Shown here piece after piece: positions 52,108 through 64,000 of a stretch of 64,000 nt of DNA. How positions within the stretch are numbered: the first letter of the stretch is position 1; each line of letters begins with the position of its first letter. The DNA is taken from contig NC_043015.1 of NCBI RefSeq assembly GCF_006345805.1, forward strand, positions 44,578,001 to 44,642,000, read 5' to 3'. Made by a program: the position numbers and the translations under genes. The stretch comes from Octopus sinensis (taxonomy: Eukaryota). The notes under the pieces were generated by a model. It ran no database searches. It worked only from the letters and a program-made list of their open reading frames with translations, and had not been told where the DNA came from.

Positions 52108-52360
52108 TACCGTTGCAAGTACACACAGACAGTTACATATATCATACAAATATATACACATGTTTATATGTATTATATATATACATATATATATATTTAT
52201 ATATATATTTATATAAATATATATATATATATATATATTCATATATATATATTTATATATATATATAAATATATATATATATATTAATATATATATATAT
52301 AATATAACATATATATATATATATATAACATATTTATTTATATATATATACATATATATT

Positions 52361-52414
<54 letters not shown>

Positions 52415-52613
52415 TATATATATATATACATATATATTTATATATATATATATATATATATGTATATGTGTAGGGGGTGTATATATGCAGTGAGAGAGGT
52501 AGAGAGAGCGTGTGAGAGAGACGTATATTCTGTAATCGGTGAGATAATCTCGCTCCGAACATATTTATATATGTACATACATACATATATACATACATAC
52601 ATAACATACATAC

Positions 52614-52658
<45 letters not shown>

Positions 52659-53136
52659 TGCGTACATATGGACACACATGGACACGCGCTCGCACATTTG
52701 GACGCACTCACGGATCAATGCGGACACACACACTCACATACACATACACACATACATATATAGAGAGATAACTATACATATATAAAAATGCGTATGTGTG
52801 TGTCCGTGTGTGTGTCTGTGTATACATACTACCACATAAAGTCAAAAAAATATTTCTGCGTGTCGCGGTGTACGTGTACATATGTTTATATATTTGTATA
52901 TGCGCATATGCGTGTGTGTGTATAGGGATATATGCGTGTGTGTGTTTGTGTGTTTCCCAAAAACAAAGCACATGTGCGTTTAAGATACAGATTATTTGAT
53001 GATATGCACATAAATTAAGTTAGAATGTTTATATACGTGTGTGTATACATATATAAATATATATGAATGCAGAAAGGGACATGAGTATGCAGGCTTACAA
53101 ATACACACACAAACGTATATATATATAAGCATATAC

Positions 53137-53190
<54 letters not shown>

Positions 53191-53280
53191 ATACATTATA
53201 TATATATATATACATATATATATACATATATATAAGCATATATATATATACAATATATAAGCATATATATATATAAGTAT

Positions 53281-53322
<42 letters not shown>

Positions 53323-53363
53323 GAATATATATACATGTATATATGTGTATATATAATATGTAT

Positions 53364-53407
<44 letters not shown>

Positions 53408-53520
53408 GTATATATGTATATATATATATGTATATATATGTGTATATATAATACAATATATATAAATATATACATATATGCATATATATGTGCTTACATA
53501 CATATATGAATGGCGACACA
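52050..53520. repeat. Long degenerate (TA)n/(TATAC)n low-complexity block
   Basis: Directly visible. Confidence 0.9.
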
Positions 53521-53759
53521 TTGTCGTGCATGGGCAGTATTAATGAAGAAATGTAAGTGCTCTGGTTGACCTTTTGAAAAATATATGTTACAATGCTTGA
53601 ACAATTTCTATTGATGAAACAAAATAATCAATATGTATAATGGCTATTTTGTCAATAAACTAACAATTATGTACGAATGTCTTCGTACAGTTATTTCATT
53701 TTTACTTCGCGTTCAGAAGAATTATCCTCCATTTTTCTCCCGTTCCATAACTACTTTGT

Positions 53760-53774
53760 TTATGTTGTTGTTTC

Positions 53775-53806
<32 letters not shown>

Positions 53807-53850
53807 TAATAGCAATAATAATAATAATAATAACAATAATAATAATAATA

Positions 53851-53898
<48 letters not shown>

Positions 53899-53903
53899 GT
53901 TAA

Positions 53904-53942
<39 letters not shown>

Positions 53943-54001
53943 CATTGTCATCATTATTATTTTTATTATTATTATTATTATTATTATTGTTGTTGTTGTT
54001 G

Positions 54002-54042
<41 letters not shown>

Positions 54043-54060
54043 GTAGTTGTTGTTTGTTTT
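53760..54060. repeat. (AAT)n to (ATT)n switch microsatellite (self-complementary)
   Basis: AAT run 53775-53850 immediately followed by an ATT run. Confidence 0.9.
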
Positions 54061-54605
54061 GATGTCGTGACTATTATTATTGCTATTACCATCGGTTTTA
54101 GTACTCGTAATGATTATTGTTTTCAATATTATTCTTGTTGATTAAGGTTGCGAGCAGGCAGAACCTGCTTAGTTGCATTTCATCCGTCTACACGTTCTGA
54201 GTTCAAGTTCTGCAGAGGTCGACGTTACATCACTTCATTTCGGAGGGTCATTAATTGATACCAGATGAACACTAGCCCTCAATGTAAGCGATAACCCCCT
54301 TCCCCTAAATTTACTGGCTGCACAGATATGAGGTTACTAATGTCTCAAAGAAAAGAATTATTACTCCAAAGGTAGGTAAAAAAAGGCAAAATGGTAGTCT
54401 GGGAACTAAAAAAAAAACGATTATAAATGTGCAGACAGCTTTAAACTTTAACATTCAGACAGCAAAATATAATGCTTATTTCATTGGAATGTTTTCAATT
54501 AATCATGTATTTTATGCTTGAACTTATGAACATGGAGTTTGAGAAAACAATATTGTCCAACAATGCTCGCATATTTATATATGTATATATGACTATATAT
54601 GCGTG

Positions 54606-54699
<94 letters not shown>

Positions 54700-54846
54700 A
54701 TCTATCTAATATATATATGTATATATATATATGATTTTGATTTTGATTTTGATTTTTCCAGTTTCAGCTTATGAGCTTGGCCATGCTGCCGCACCGCCAT
54801 TATATATATAAATATATATATAATATATATATAAATATATATAATA

Positions 54847-54884
<38 letters not shown>

Positions 54885-55283
54885 CTCTTTACTATTTTAC
54901 TTGTTTCAGTCATTTGACTTCGGCCATTCTGGAGCACCGCCTTCAGTCGTGCAAATCGACCCCGGGACTTATTCTTTGTAAGCCCAGTACTTATTCTATC
55001 GGTCTCTTTTGCCGAACCGCTCTAAGTGACGGGGACGCAAACACACCAGCATTGGTTGTCAAGCAATGCTAGGGGGACAGACCACAGACACACAAACACA
55101 CACACATACATTATATACATATATACGACAGGCTTCTTTCAGTTTCCGTCTACCAAATCCACTCACAAGGCATTCGTCGGCCCGGGGCTATAGCAGAAGA
55201 CACTTGCCCAAGATGCCACGCAGTGGGACTGAACACTGAACCATGTGGTTGGTTAGCAAGCTACTTACCACACAGCCACTCCT
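54885..55283 (-). mobile_element. Full-length SINE family A
   Basis: Reverse complement of 33185-33603. Confidence 0.9.
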
Positions 55284-55495
55284 ATATATGAGTATATATT
55301 TTCAGTTTTGTAATTAAGCTATTTCCGAACTAAGCTGCATTCACAAATATCTTGGTTTCGAAAAATATCTCAAACGAAAAGACGAGTTGCAAGTTTACAT
55401 ATAGAAATATATATTATTACATATATGCACAGGTTTCTATCTATCGAACAACATACCTACCTATCTATTTATTTATCTATCTATGTATCTGTCTG

Positions 55496-55629
<134 letters not shown>

Positions 55630-56322
55630 CACTTGCATATTAATTCGTATGAGATGCATATATGCATATAGATATACGTATAAACACGCACTCAAATACA
55701 TATATATATATATATAAGTAGTTGAATGAATTATCCTAGAATAAAGGAATTTTGTTAAATCGTCGTTCGACTCCATTCTTTCATTTATATATATATATAT
55801 ATGTACATGTACGAACGCATGCATATATATGTCATATATATGTATATATTATATATATATTCATACATTAACATGATTACAAGTGTTTAGGAAATATATA
55901 GATGTGCGTGTTTGTGTGTGTAATATATATATGCATGTATATATGCATGCATATGCATGTCTCTCTGTGGTTGGTTGTGAATGGGAGTGTGTAAAAGAAA
56001 AGGGATTAGTTTTGAAGATCAGACATTTTCTCGGCTTCCATTCATAGTAAAAGAAATGCACCTTTACCTGCAAGACACTCCGTTAATGATAATCGCTTCA
56101 AAACCTCACGAATTGTTGGTGGCGTCAAAATAATCTTTTTTATAAAATTACTTTACGTTAAAGAATGCTCTATTTTTCATTGTTCACGAAAAGCTTACAG
56201 GATCTATTTCCGTTCATTTGCATGCATTAATGAAATACATGTATGCGTATAATTATTTCCAAATTTTGCAGATAGACTTATACATGTACTGGGGTATATG
56301 TATACATACATACAACATACAT

Positions 56323-56354
<32 letters not shown>

Positions 56355-58576
56355 TATATAATATATATATATATACATATATATACATACTTACTCATAG
56401 GTAGACATACCTATATATATATATATATATATATGATCTAGTGTTTTTCATTCGTAAAATATGCATTTTTAAAAGACAGTAAAAATCTGAAAATCGGATG
56501 TAATAATAAACTTTTCCAGTCTAATTGCTATGAAGGTATGATGTTGTGGAGGAATAGATTGGAGGAAAAAGTTACAGAGTTTTATAAATCGAAAAAACCG
56601 TGTATTTATAGCCAATAGCGTGACGAACCTAGTACGAGTGAAAGTGATTTAGAAAACGGTTAAATATAGTTTTTCATTATAAATGATCTTGACAGTCTTT
56701 TTACTTTACATAGAATATTCTTTACATTCTACTGTTGTTTCATTACCATTGTTTTAGGAGCATTATAAATTTTATAGGTAATATGTTTCTTTGAGAACGA
56801 ATTACAATTTACAACTTTGCTACTATGGGAAATTAATGCGCCGGTTTATGAGTATTTGCTTTATGAGTGGTCTCCGGAAACGAATTAACTCGTATATTGA
56901 GGCATTACTGTATATATGTCTGTGCGTATATACGTGTGCGTGTAAATATATATTTAAAGATAGATAGATCCGTAATCCATATACTAATGCACTATTGGGT
57001 CGTGGTTATAACTTCAGAAGGTGCCTTCTGCAGCGACCCGACTACGTCTTTATTATATGTCATCTGCAGTTTATGTATTCGCACTAAGACTGTTCATAGA
57101 TTTTGTTTCACATCGTATTATTTCAAAGTTTAACCTACATCATTTGAGTTTTATTTCTCTTCTGCTCTTTCACCTCGGGCAATCGAGTAAGGTTTAAATT
57201 CAAAACCCTTCAAGTTATTACCAACGTATTGTGCTTTTCAGATCCGATGTTCACATTTTATCAAAGTTTGGTGTGGGTTGAAGTTAATTTAGCTGGTGTT
57301 TCTATCAGATTAAGTGATTATATAAATGCTCCTTTTTCGGCTTGTTTTCTTGCGGGTGGGGTCATGAGAAGATACTAAGATTATTTGCGTGTTTGAATAA
57401 GTCTACTGGTCTTGGATCATTCTAAATATTCTGATAATGTTTCGGAGAATATAGCGAAGTATATGATACGCGGAGAAGTGGCTAAACATTTCCTATAAGA
57501 TGTAATTACAATTATCTGTTTGTTTGCATGATTTAGTTAAAAAGTTACTTATATAAGCAAAAGAATAAGCTAATCCATTGACACCAGTGCTGTATCTGGT
57601 GACATCAGAATAAATACAATCCTCGTCTGCCATTATTTGCTCGCCAGCGTACAGTGTTAGACTAACATGAAATTTTATCTGTTAAAGATAACCGTCAGAT
57701 CAATACTAGACAACTTCTTCATTAACATTGATTTCTTATATTACTTAAGAATTGCAGACTTATGCTTCATGATTTGGAAGAAATAAATCAAATTACAGAA
57801 TACTTTGGAAAAGCAACGCCATTATATGTCAAGGTGGCAATTTGATGTACAAATAAATTGATAAAATTCTTTGACAAATACATTAACTTTCAGACGATAA
57901 TTTATTTTTAAGTAAACCTCATGTGTCTCATACTTTTATATGAACTTATATTACTTACGTTTTTCACTCGTTACTACGCCATAAGTAATATTTATAACTC
58001 TAGCTTTGCTGTTATGCTATTTTGATGGTTTTAATGATACTAAGTTCCTGTTTTTTTTTAATGAAGTGTATTTTATAATGCCATAATATGACTGTGTGTA
58101 ATATTTTGTTTATTCTGAGAGATGGCTTTGGTCTGCGTATATTTCTCAGATTTGTAGTTAATGTATTAAATCTATTCAATTTCGAGTCCTTTGTGAACAA
58201 CACAATATAACATGGAGTCATGAATGTATGAATCACATTTACGCACACATACACGCACACACACATACACACATGAATGTATGTTATGTACATATATAAA
58301 TTTACATACATGAAAGCATATAATATATACTTACCTATATTTATATATATATATATATGTGTATGTGTAAGTGTATATATATATATATATAATATATATA
58401 TATAATATATATATTTACATATACACATATATATATATATAATATAATACATTATAATATAATATAATATACATTTATAAATACATATTATATATAGCAT
58501 ATATGTATATAAATACATATAATATATATGTATAGTATATAATAATGCACATATATATAATGTATAACATATAATA

Positions 58577-58629
<53 letters not shown>

Positions 58630-58632
<3 letters not shown>

Positions 58633-58867
58633 TGTATATACTGGAGTAAGCACATAAATGTGAAACAAGCTCGAAACCAGAGTACACAAATACCAGAGGT
58701 AGAGTTATATGCTTTATTTAAAAGCAGCAGAAATATAACAAAAGATGTTACTCAGAGTTTCACGTTCCCGTTCGTCGGAGAGTTTTGTTAAAAAAAAAAT
58801 GTCCGACGAACGGGAACGTGAAACTCTGAGTAACAGCTTATGTTATATTACTGCTGCTTTTAAATAA
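58630..58867. mobile_element. Head-to-head inverted pair of hammerhead-bearing repeats
   Basis: Arms 58714-58779 and 58802-58867 are reverse complements. Confidence 0.85.
58800..58835 (+). ncRNA. Minimal type I hammerhead-like motif with CCGACGA core
   Basis: TGT-CCGACGA-ACG-GGAA-CGT-GAA-ACTC-T-GAGT-A-ACA: GNRA loop on stem II, GUA site. Confidence 0.65.
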
Positions 58868-59159
58868 TGTATATATGTATATATGTACATGCACATCTGT
58901 TTCTTTATCTATCTACATGTATATATACATATAGAGAGAGAGCGATGGAGAGGGAGAGCGATGATCTAGCTAGATAGAGGTAGTTGGTTATAGATATATA
59001 CACATATGCCTACATATATCTACAAATTATACATATCTCACGTGTTTTGTATGTTAATTCAATCATTTAACGACCCCATTTCATGAAAAGCACGCAATAT
59101 CTCCTTCTACTTCAAAGCACCTTGCATTTGCTAACATTATTTCACGCGTCTACCGCTAC

Positions 59160-59507
59160 TTACAGAAAACAATATTTGTTCATGTCATTTCGCAGTATTA
59201 CGATCACGTCTTTATTATTCGATGTCCACCATCTAAACGACGTGTGGGAGACAAATTCGTTATATATACTAGTGTTTGTTATTTTCCCCCCATGTTTCTG
59301 GCTGTTTTGATGCTGTCGATGTTGGTTAAGCTGTTGTTCTATAGTTCCTAAACTATGTTTGACAATATACACAGTGTTTTGTGTAACACTGAATTTATTC
59401 GTTAGGAGACGTATATCTATATCTGAACACGCATGCTCATTTACAAGGTTATGTGCATTTATGCTTGATTGTATGACATCGAAGCATAGTCGTTCAACAC
59501 AATCCAT
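59160..59507 (-). CDS. Unrecognised 115-codon ORF, possible first coding exon
   Basis: Real ATG (AAAATGG), non-repetitive sequence; a GTAAGT donor overlaps the stop at 59163. No homology recognised. Confidence 0.2.
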   Translation of the reverse strand: MDCVERLCFDVIQSSINAHNLVNEHACSDIDIRLLTNKFSVTQNTVYIVKHSLGTIEQQLNQHRQHQNSQKHGGKITNTSIYNEFVSHTSFRWWTSNNKDVIVILRNDMNKYCFL

Positions 59508-60081
59508 TTTGTCATTAGTTTCATAGCTATTACACTGTCTATTATTTTACTATCTTGCATGCCATAGTGCTTTATGTTATTTAAATATATATATGAATAA
59601 CGGTAGTAAGAATGGCGGAGAAAATGATTAGCGGCATTTCTTCCGGCTTTACCTGGCGTATTCAAATATATATACATATGTGTGTGTGTGTGTGTGTGTG
59701 CGGATTCAAATCATGCAACGTTCAAATCCGCTTGAATTTAGGGCTCTGCACCTTTAATAAAAGCATTTAATATGTACAGCATATTATATATTTTGCATTA
59801 TAGGAGCTGCGGCTGACGTGACCAAGAGCTTTGTGATTTCAACTCTTTTTCTTTTAACAAGTCAAATGTAGTTTCATAAGGAATAGAATTCCAAAACAGG
59901 AAATGTAGATATGAAAGTTTATACGATAAAAATGTCTCCGATTTTCCATACAAACAGTAATTAATATTTCTAACTTCGGCCCTCGAATTCCCTCGAGGAT
60001 TTTATCCTAAAAAAAATAAGCCTGTGGGGTCAGATAAAGAGAATATTTTAATCATGAAGTTTTCGAAATTTCCGCAAATTA

Positions 60082-60258
60082 GGTGCAGGTGTGGCTGTGT
60101 GTTAAGTAGATTACTTACAAACCACATGGTTCCGGGTTCAATCCCACTGCGTAGCATCTTGGGCAAGTGTCTTCTACTATAGCCTCGGGCCGACCAAAGC
60201 CTTGTGAGTGGATGTGGTAGACGGAAACTGAAAGAAGCCCGTCATATATATGTATATA

Positions 60259-60292
<34 letters not shown>

Positions 60293-60523
60293 AAATGTAT
60301 GTGTGTGTATATGTTTGTGTGTCTATTTTTGCCCCCAACATTGCTTGACAAACGATGCTGGTGTGTTTACATCCCCGTAACTTAGCGGTTCGTCAAAAGA
60401 GACCGATAGAATAAGTACTAGGCTTACAAAGTCTAAGTCCTAGGTTCGATTTGCTCGACTAAAGGCGGTGCACCAGCATGGCCGCAATCAAATGACTGAA
60501 ACAGGTGAAAGAATAAAAGAATA
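60082..60523 (+). mobile_element. Full-length SINE family A
   Basis: Same head, body and tail as 33185-33603. Confidence 0.9.
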
Positions 60524-60826
60524 ATTGTTCGATGACCAAAGAGTCAACAATTTTTATTGATACCATAGCTTAGAATGCAATATTATTTTATTAGGTCCTG
60601 CAACATAAATTTACATCTCCATACACCAATTCACATCAATATAATTCTCCTTAAGTGAATTTTATTTCTCAGACAAGTGTCATAGCTATAACCATAGCGT
60701 CGCTAAATTTTATATCCCGTTATACAATAATAAATGAAAAATATCTCATGAATAACTAACTTTTAAACAAAATTTTATCAATGCATCATCGTCTGCTGGT
60801 CTTCTTAACCATCTTTTTCCCGTGTA

Positions 60827-61166
60827 GGCGCATGGCTCAGTGGTTAGAGCGTCGAGCTTACGATCGTGAGGTTGTGAGCTCGAATCCCGGACCGGGCTGC
60901 GTGTTGTGTTCTTGAGCAGGGCACTTTATTTCACGTTGCTCCAGTTCACTCAGCTGTAGAAATGAGTTGCGACGTCACTGGTGCCAAGCTGTATCGACCT
61001 TTGTCTTTCCCTTGGATAACACTGGTGGCGTGGAGAGGGGAGGCTAGTATGCATGGGCGACTGCTGGCCTTCCATAAACAACCTTGCCCGGACTTGTGTC
61101 TAGGAGGGTAACTTTCTAGGTGCAATCCCATGGTCATTCATGACCGAAGGGGGTCTTTACCCCTTT
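60827..61166 (+). mobile_element. Full-length SINE family D
   Basis: A box TGGCTCAGTGG, B box GCTCGAATC, body as at 4160-4415. Confidence 0.85.
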
Positions 61167-61638
61167 ATATTATATACTCACGATGGCCTTCCATTCGGCT
61201 TACGGTTACTATTTCACTCACAAGTCGTGAGTCGGCCCAAGCCTAAAGCGCGAAACATATGCCCAAAGTGACGCTTTGTGGAACTGAAGTCAGAACTAGT
61301 TTGTTGGAAAGTATATTTCTAAACTGCACATCCTTGGGCCTTTGTCAGTGAATTTTGATCACGAGTTTGTAGGTGTATGTGCAGGTCTTGACAACGATGT
61401 TGAAGAAGAATGGCTGTTACTCTTGTATGCATAACTCTCATCTACATATCACCGATGTTCATCCAAAAGAAAGTTCCACGGCTGGGGACTATACACTTTC
61501 GAACTTTAGTCATTGCAGTTTTTTTTGTTTTTTTTTTCATTTTTTTCCCTAGCTTTAGCCCTCCAACATGAAGTATAGGCCACTTATAGTTGAATTCCAT
61601 GTCACATAATTTTTCGCTTCTGTACTTATACTCTGCCA

Positions 61639-61800
61639 TTAACGTCCCCCTTTCTCTAGTTCCTTTTGTGTTAATCTATGCCACGAGTTCTTAGGCCTAC
61701 CTCTCCTTCTACATCCATCCGGTTTCCACTGTAAATCCCTTTTCGCTACATTTGGAGTGTCTTTTCTAATTATGCTACCAATCCACTTCCACTTTTTTCT
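61639..61800 (-). mobile_element. RTE-clade LINE C-terminal fragment
   Basis: Translates KKWKWIGSIIRKDTPNVAKRDLQWKPDGCRRRGRPKNSWHR, the RTE ORF C-terminal W-W-G...W-P-G-R-RGRP-W signature. Confidence 0.8.
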
Positions 61801-62488
61801 TAAATATTTGCTCCCTAATCGAAACTTGATTTGTTCTTTGCCATAGCTCCATATTGATTATGTGTTCGGGCCATCGAATCTTATGTATACTACGCAAGCA
61901 TCTGTTGATGAATGATTATATTTGCGTGTTGTTATTAAAAAGAAACGTGAAGCAACAGAATACATGCTGCAATGCATTTTGTTCGAGACTTGAACAGTTC
62001 CCTCAGATTGTGATTTTTTCTGACCTCGAAGGTAATGAAGATGAAGTTTACGTTGATAAGGTATCAGCTTAGTGCACAAAGAGCCGGAACAAAAAGTGTA
62101 TCGAACATCACAACAACTCAGCTCCTTCTCTGCCTTAAACCTGGTTAGTACCGACGATTTTAGATTAACGTAGTATCCAATCAGATTATGATATCGATAT
62201 CTTTAGATTTCGAATGTTGAGAGTATTAAATGAAATCTTATTAATTTCTGTATAAAATCCATTATTGTTGGTGTTCCCTCGAGTCGGAGAATAACGTGTC
62301 GGCAAATTCTTACTGAAACAACCTGTACAGATGATTTCCTCATTGTGATGAAATATTTGTGCTGTAAATTAGCTCTCTCCCCCTCTCTTCCTCTCTTTCC
62401 CTCGCCATCTCTCTCCATTACATCAACATTACTTGTAAAGTGGAGTGTGTGTCACATGTCAGTTGTCAAAATGGTCGCAGGAAATGTA

Positions 62489-63055
62489 TTGGGTTGTCCG
62501 GAAAGTTCGTGCCGATTTATGTAGCTTACTTTTGATTTATTTTAGAACGTTGTTGGTCCATAAAATAGGATTTGAGTACCCCTCCATTTATAGCACAGTT
62601 TAAAGCTATCTTTTCATGGGAAGAAGATTTATGTTCCTATAATCTATGTTTAATTCCGTAACCCTTTAAAATGGAAGATAAGAAAGTTCATTTTCGGCAC
62701 TTGATGCTTTGGGAACCAGAGAAAAATTGCTGCAGCTCGGCTGGGATGTGTTACCCTACCCTCCATATTCACCAGATATTGCTTCTTTGGATTTCCACTT
62801 ATTCAGGTCTCTCCAGAATAGTTTTAATGGTAAAAATTTCAATTCCTTGGACGACGTAAAAAGATACCGTGATGAATTCTTTGCCATGAAACCACCTCAA
62901 TTCAGGGAAAGAGGATATTTTCAAGTTAAAGGAAAGATGGGGACGCATTGTGCAACAAAATGGTTCATAGTTGGTTGATTAAAAATGTAATGGCAAGTAT
63001 TTATTGACCTTTTTCTTTCCTTTAAAAATCGGCACGAACTTTCCGGACAACCCAA
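62489..63055 (+). mobile_element. Internally deleted mariner (Tc1/mariner) element, 567 bp
   Basis: Perfect 30-bp TIRs TTGGGTTGTCCGGAAAGTTCGTGCCGATTT, TA at both ends; transposase N-terminus MEDKKVHFRHLML fused to the C-terminal LGWDVLPYPPYSPD-IASLDFHLFRSLQN segment. Confidence 0.95.
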
Positions 63056-64000
63056 TAATATATCTAAACTGTGTCACCGATGATATTACTATCAGAATGT
63101 AAAGATTTGGAATCCCATAACAATTCTGTCAACCTACCAATGTCGGTTGTACAATTTCATCGGAACTCACGATAGCATGGCGCGCAAATTAGAACTCGAC
63201 GGAATTTGAACTGTAAGGAGACAGCAAGTACCGCAAGACATCCTATCAAACGCTATTACCACTCAGCCACTTCACGTTCTTGGAGTGGGTTTTTTGAATG
63301 CATGAACATCCCCCTCCCCCCCACACACAATACACGCGCACACATATGTACGTATGTGTGTGTGTGTGCGTGCGTGTTCTTTTCGCGTGTAAATATGTAT
63401 GTATACATGTATGTATGTCACTCGATAGGTTAGTAGGTAGGTAGGTAGGCAGCATAAAAACCACAACATGGATGTGACATGTTCTACGTTGAAAATTTTA
63501 GAAAAAGAAAATGAAATAAATCGAAGCATAATGTCGATATGACCTGAATAAAATACTCATCCACAAAGATAAACAGGGGGTACCCCTTTCTAAGTGAACG
63601 TGTTTCGTGTCCATTTGACAGTTTCGATAGGAATTTATCGATTTTTTTTGCATCCTCCATTGTTTAAATTGTTTTTATATTTCATATTTTATGATTTTCA
63701 ATATTTTAAGGTGTTTTTTAGTTTGTTTTTTTTTTCATCAATTTTTAAAATTCTGAGATATTCATGCAATATTTAAATGAATTTTCAGGACACAGAGGAG
63801 AAAAATCGTAAAAAAAAAAAAAAAATGGAAAAAATTGTTTAGAAATAAACGCACATCTTTTTCCTGCCTATAAAGAGCAACATGTGAATTATCGACAAGC
63901 GCCATGTATTCATAGCTTTCATAACTGGAAGGCAATACGGTTTCAACAAGATCATTTCAAAAGAAAAAAACCGAGTCGATTGATGTATTATTATAGCAAA

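Noticed and set aside
56068-56134. 67-nt minus-strand exon-like segment (IILTPPTIREVLKRLSLTECLA, CAG|GTAAAG)
   Set aside because: Acceptor is A-rich with no pyrimidine tract; no recognisable homology.
57500-57682. Minus-strand open stretch IKFHVSLTLYAGEQIMADEDC... after a plausible acceptor
   Set aside because: Phase is incompatible with the 59164 donor; no recognised family.

Overview
Eukaryotic, AT-rich, repeat-saturated DNA. The SINE families, microsatellite load ((TA)n, (TATC)n, (TATG)n, (AAT)n, (GAT)n, (GAA)n) and LINE types look like an Octopus (cephalopod) genome; this rests on recognition, not a database search. No host protein-coding gene is recognisable, so the window is intergenic or a very long intron, and almost all ORF-track entries are microsatellite artefacts. 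Recognisable coding material is all transposon-derived: a near full-length but disrupted CR1-group LINE ORF2 (22567-25645, -), a second CR1-group 3' fragment (50357-51201, -), an RTE C-terminal fragment (61639-61800, -) and an internally deleted mariner with perfect 30-bp TIRs (62489-63055). About 20 tRNA-derived SINE copies (labelled families A-D here), two MITEs and mariner ends are also present. The main signal is about ten minimal type-I hammerhead ribozyme motifs from at least four families, in short Penelope-like repeats. Most sit in inverted pairs, several carry recurrent catalytic-core variants (CCGACGA, CUGUUGA), and one family is fused to a tRNA-like Pol III head, resembling a SINE/retrozyme. 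Other notable items: a one-strand cluster of POU octamer motifs (42903-43411), a covarying 3' stem-loop shared by LINEs and SINEs, a SINE flanked by a ~180-bp duplication, a GC-rich two-hairpin island, and a 30-nt microexon candidate.
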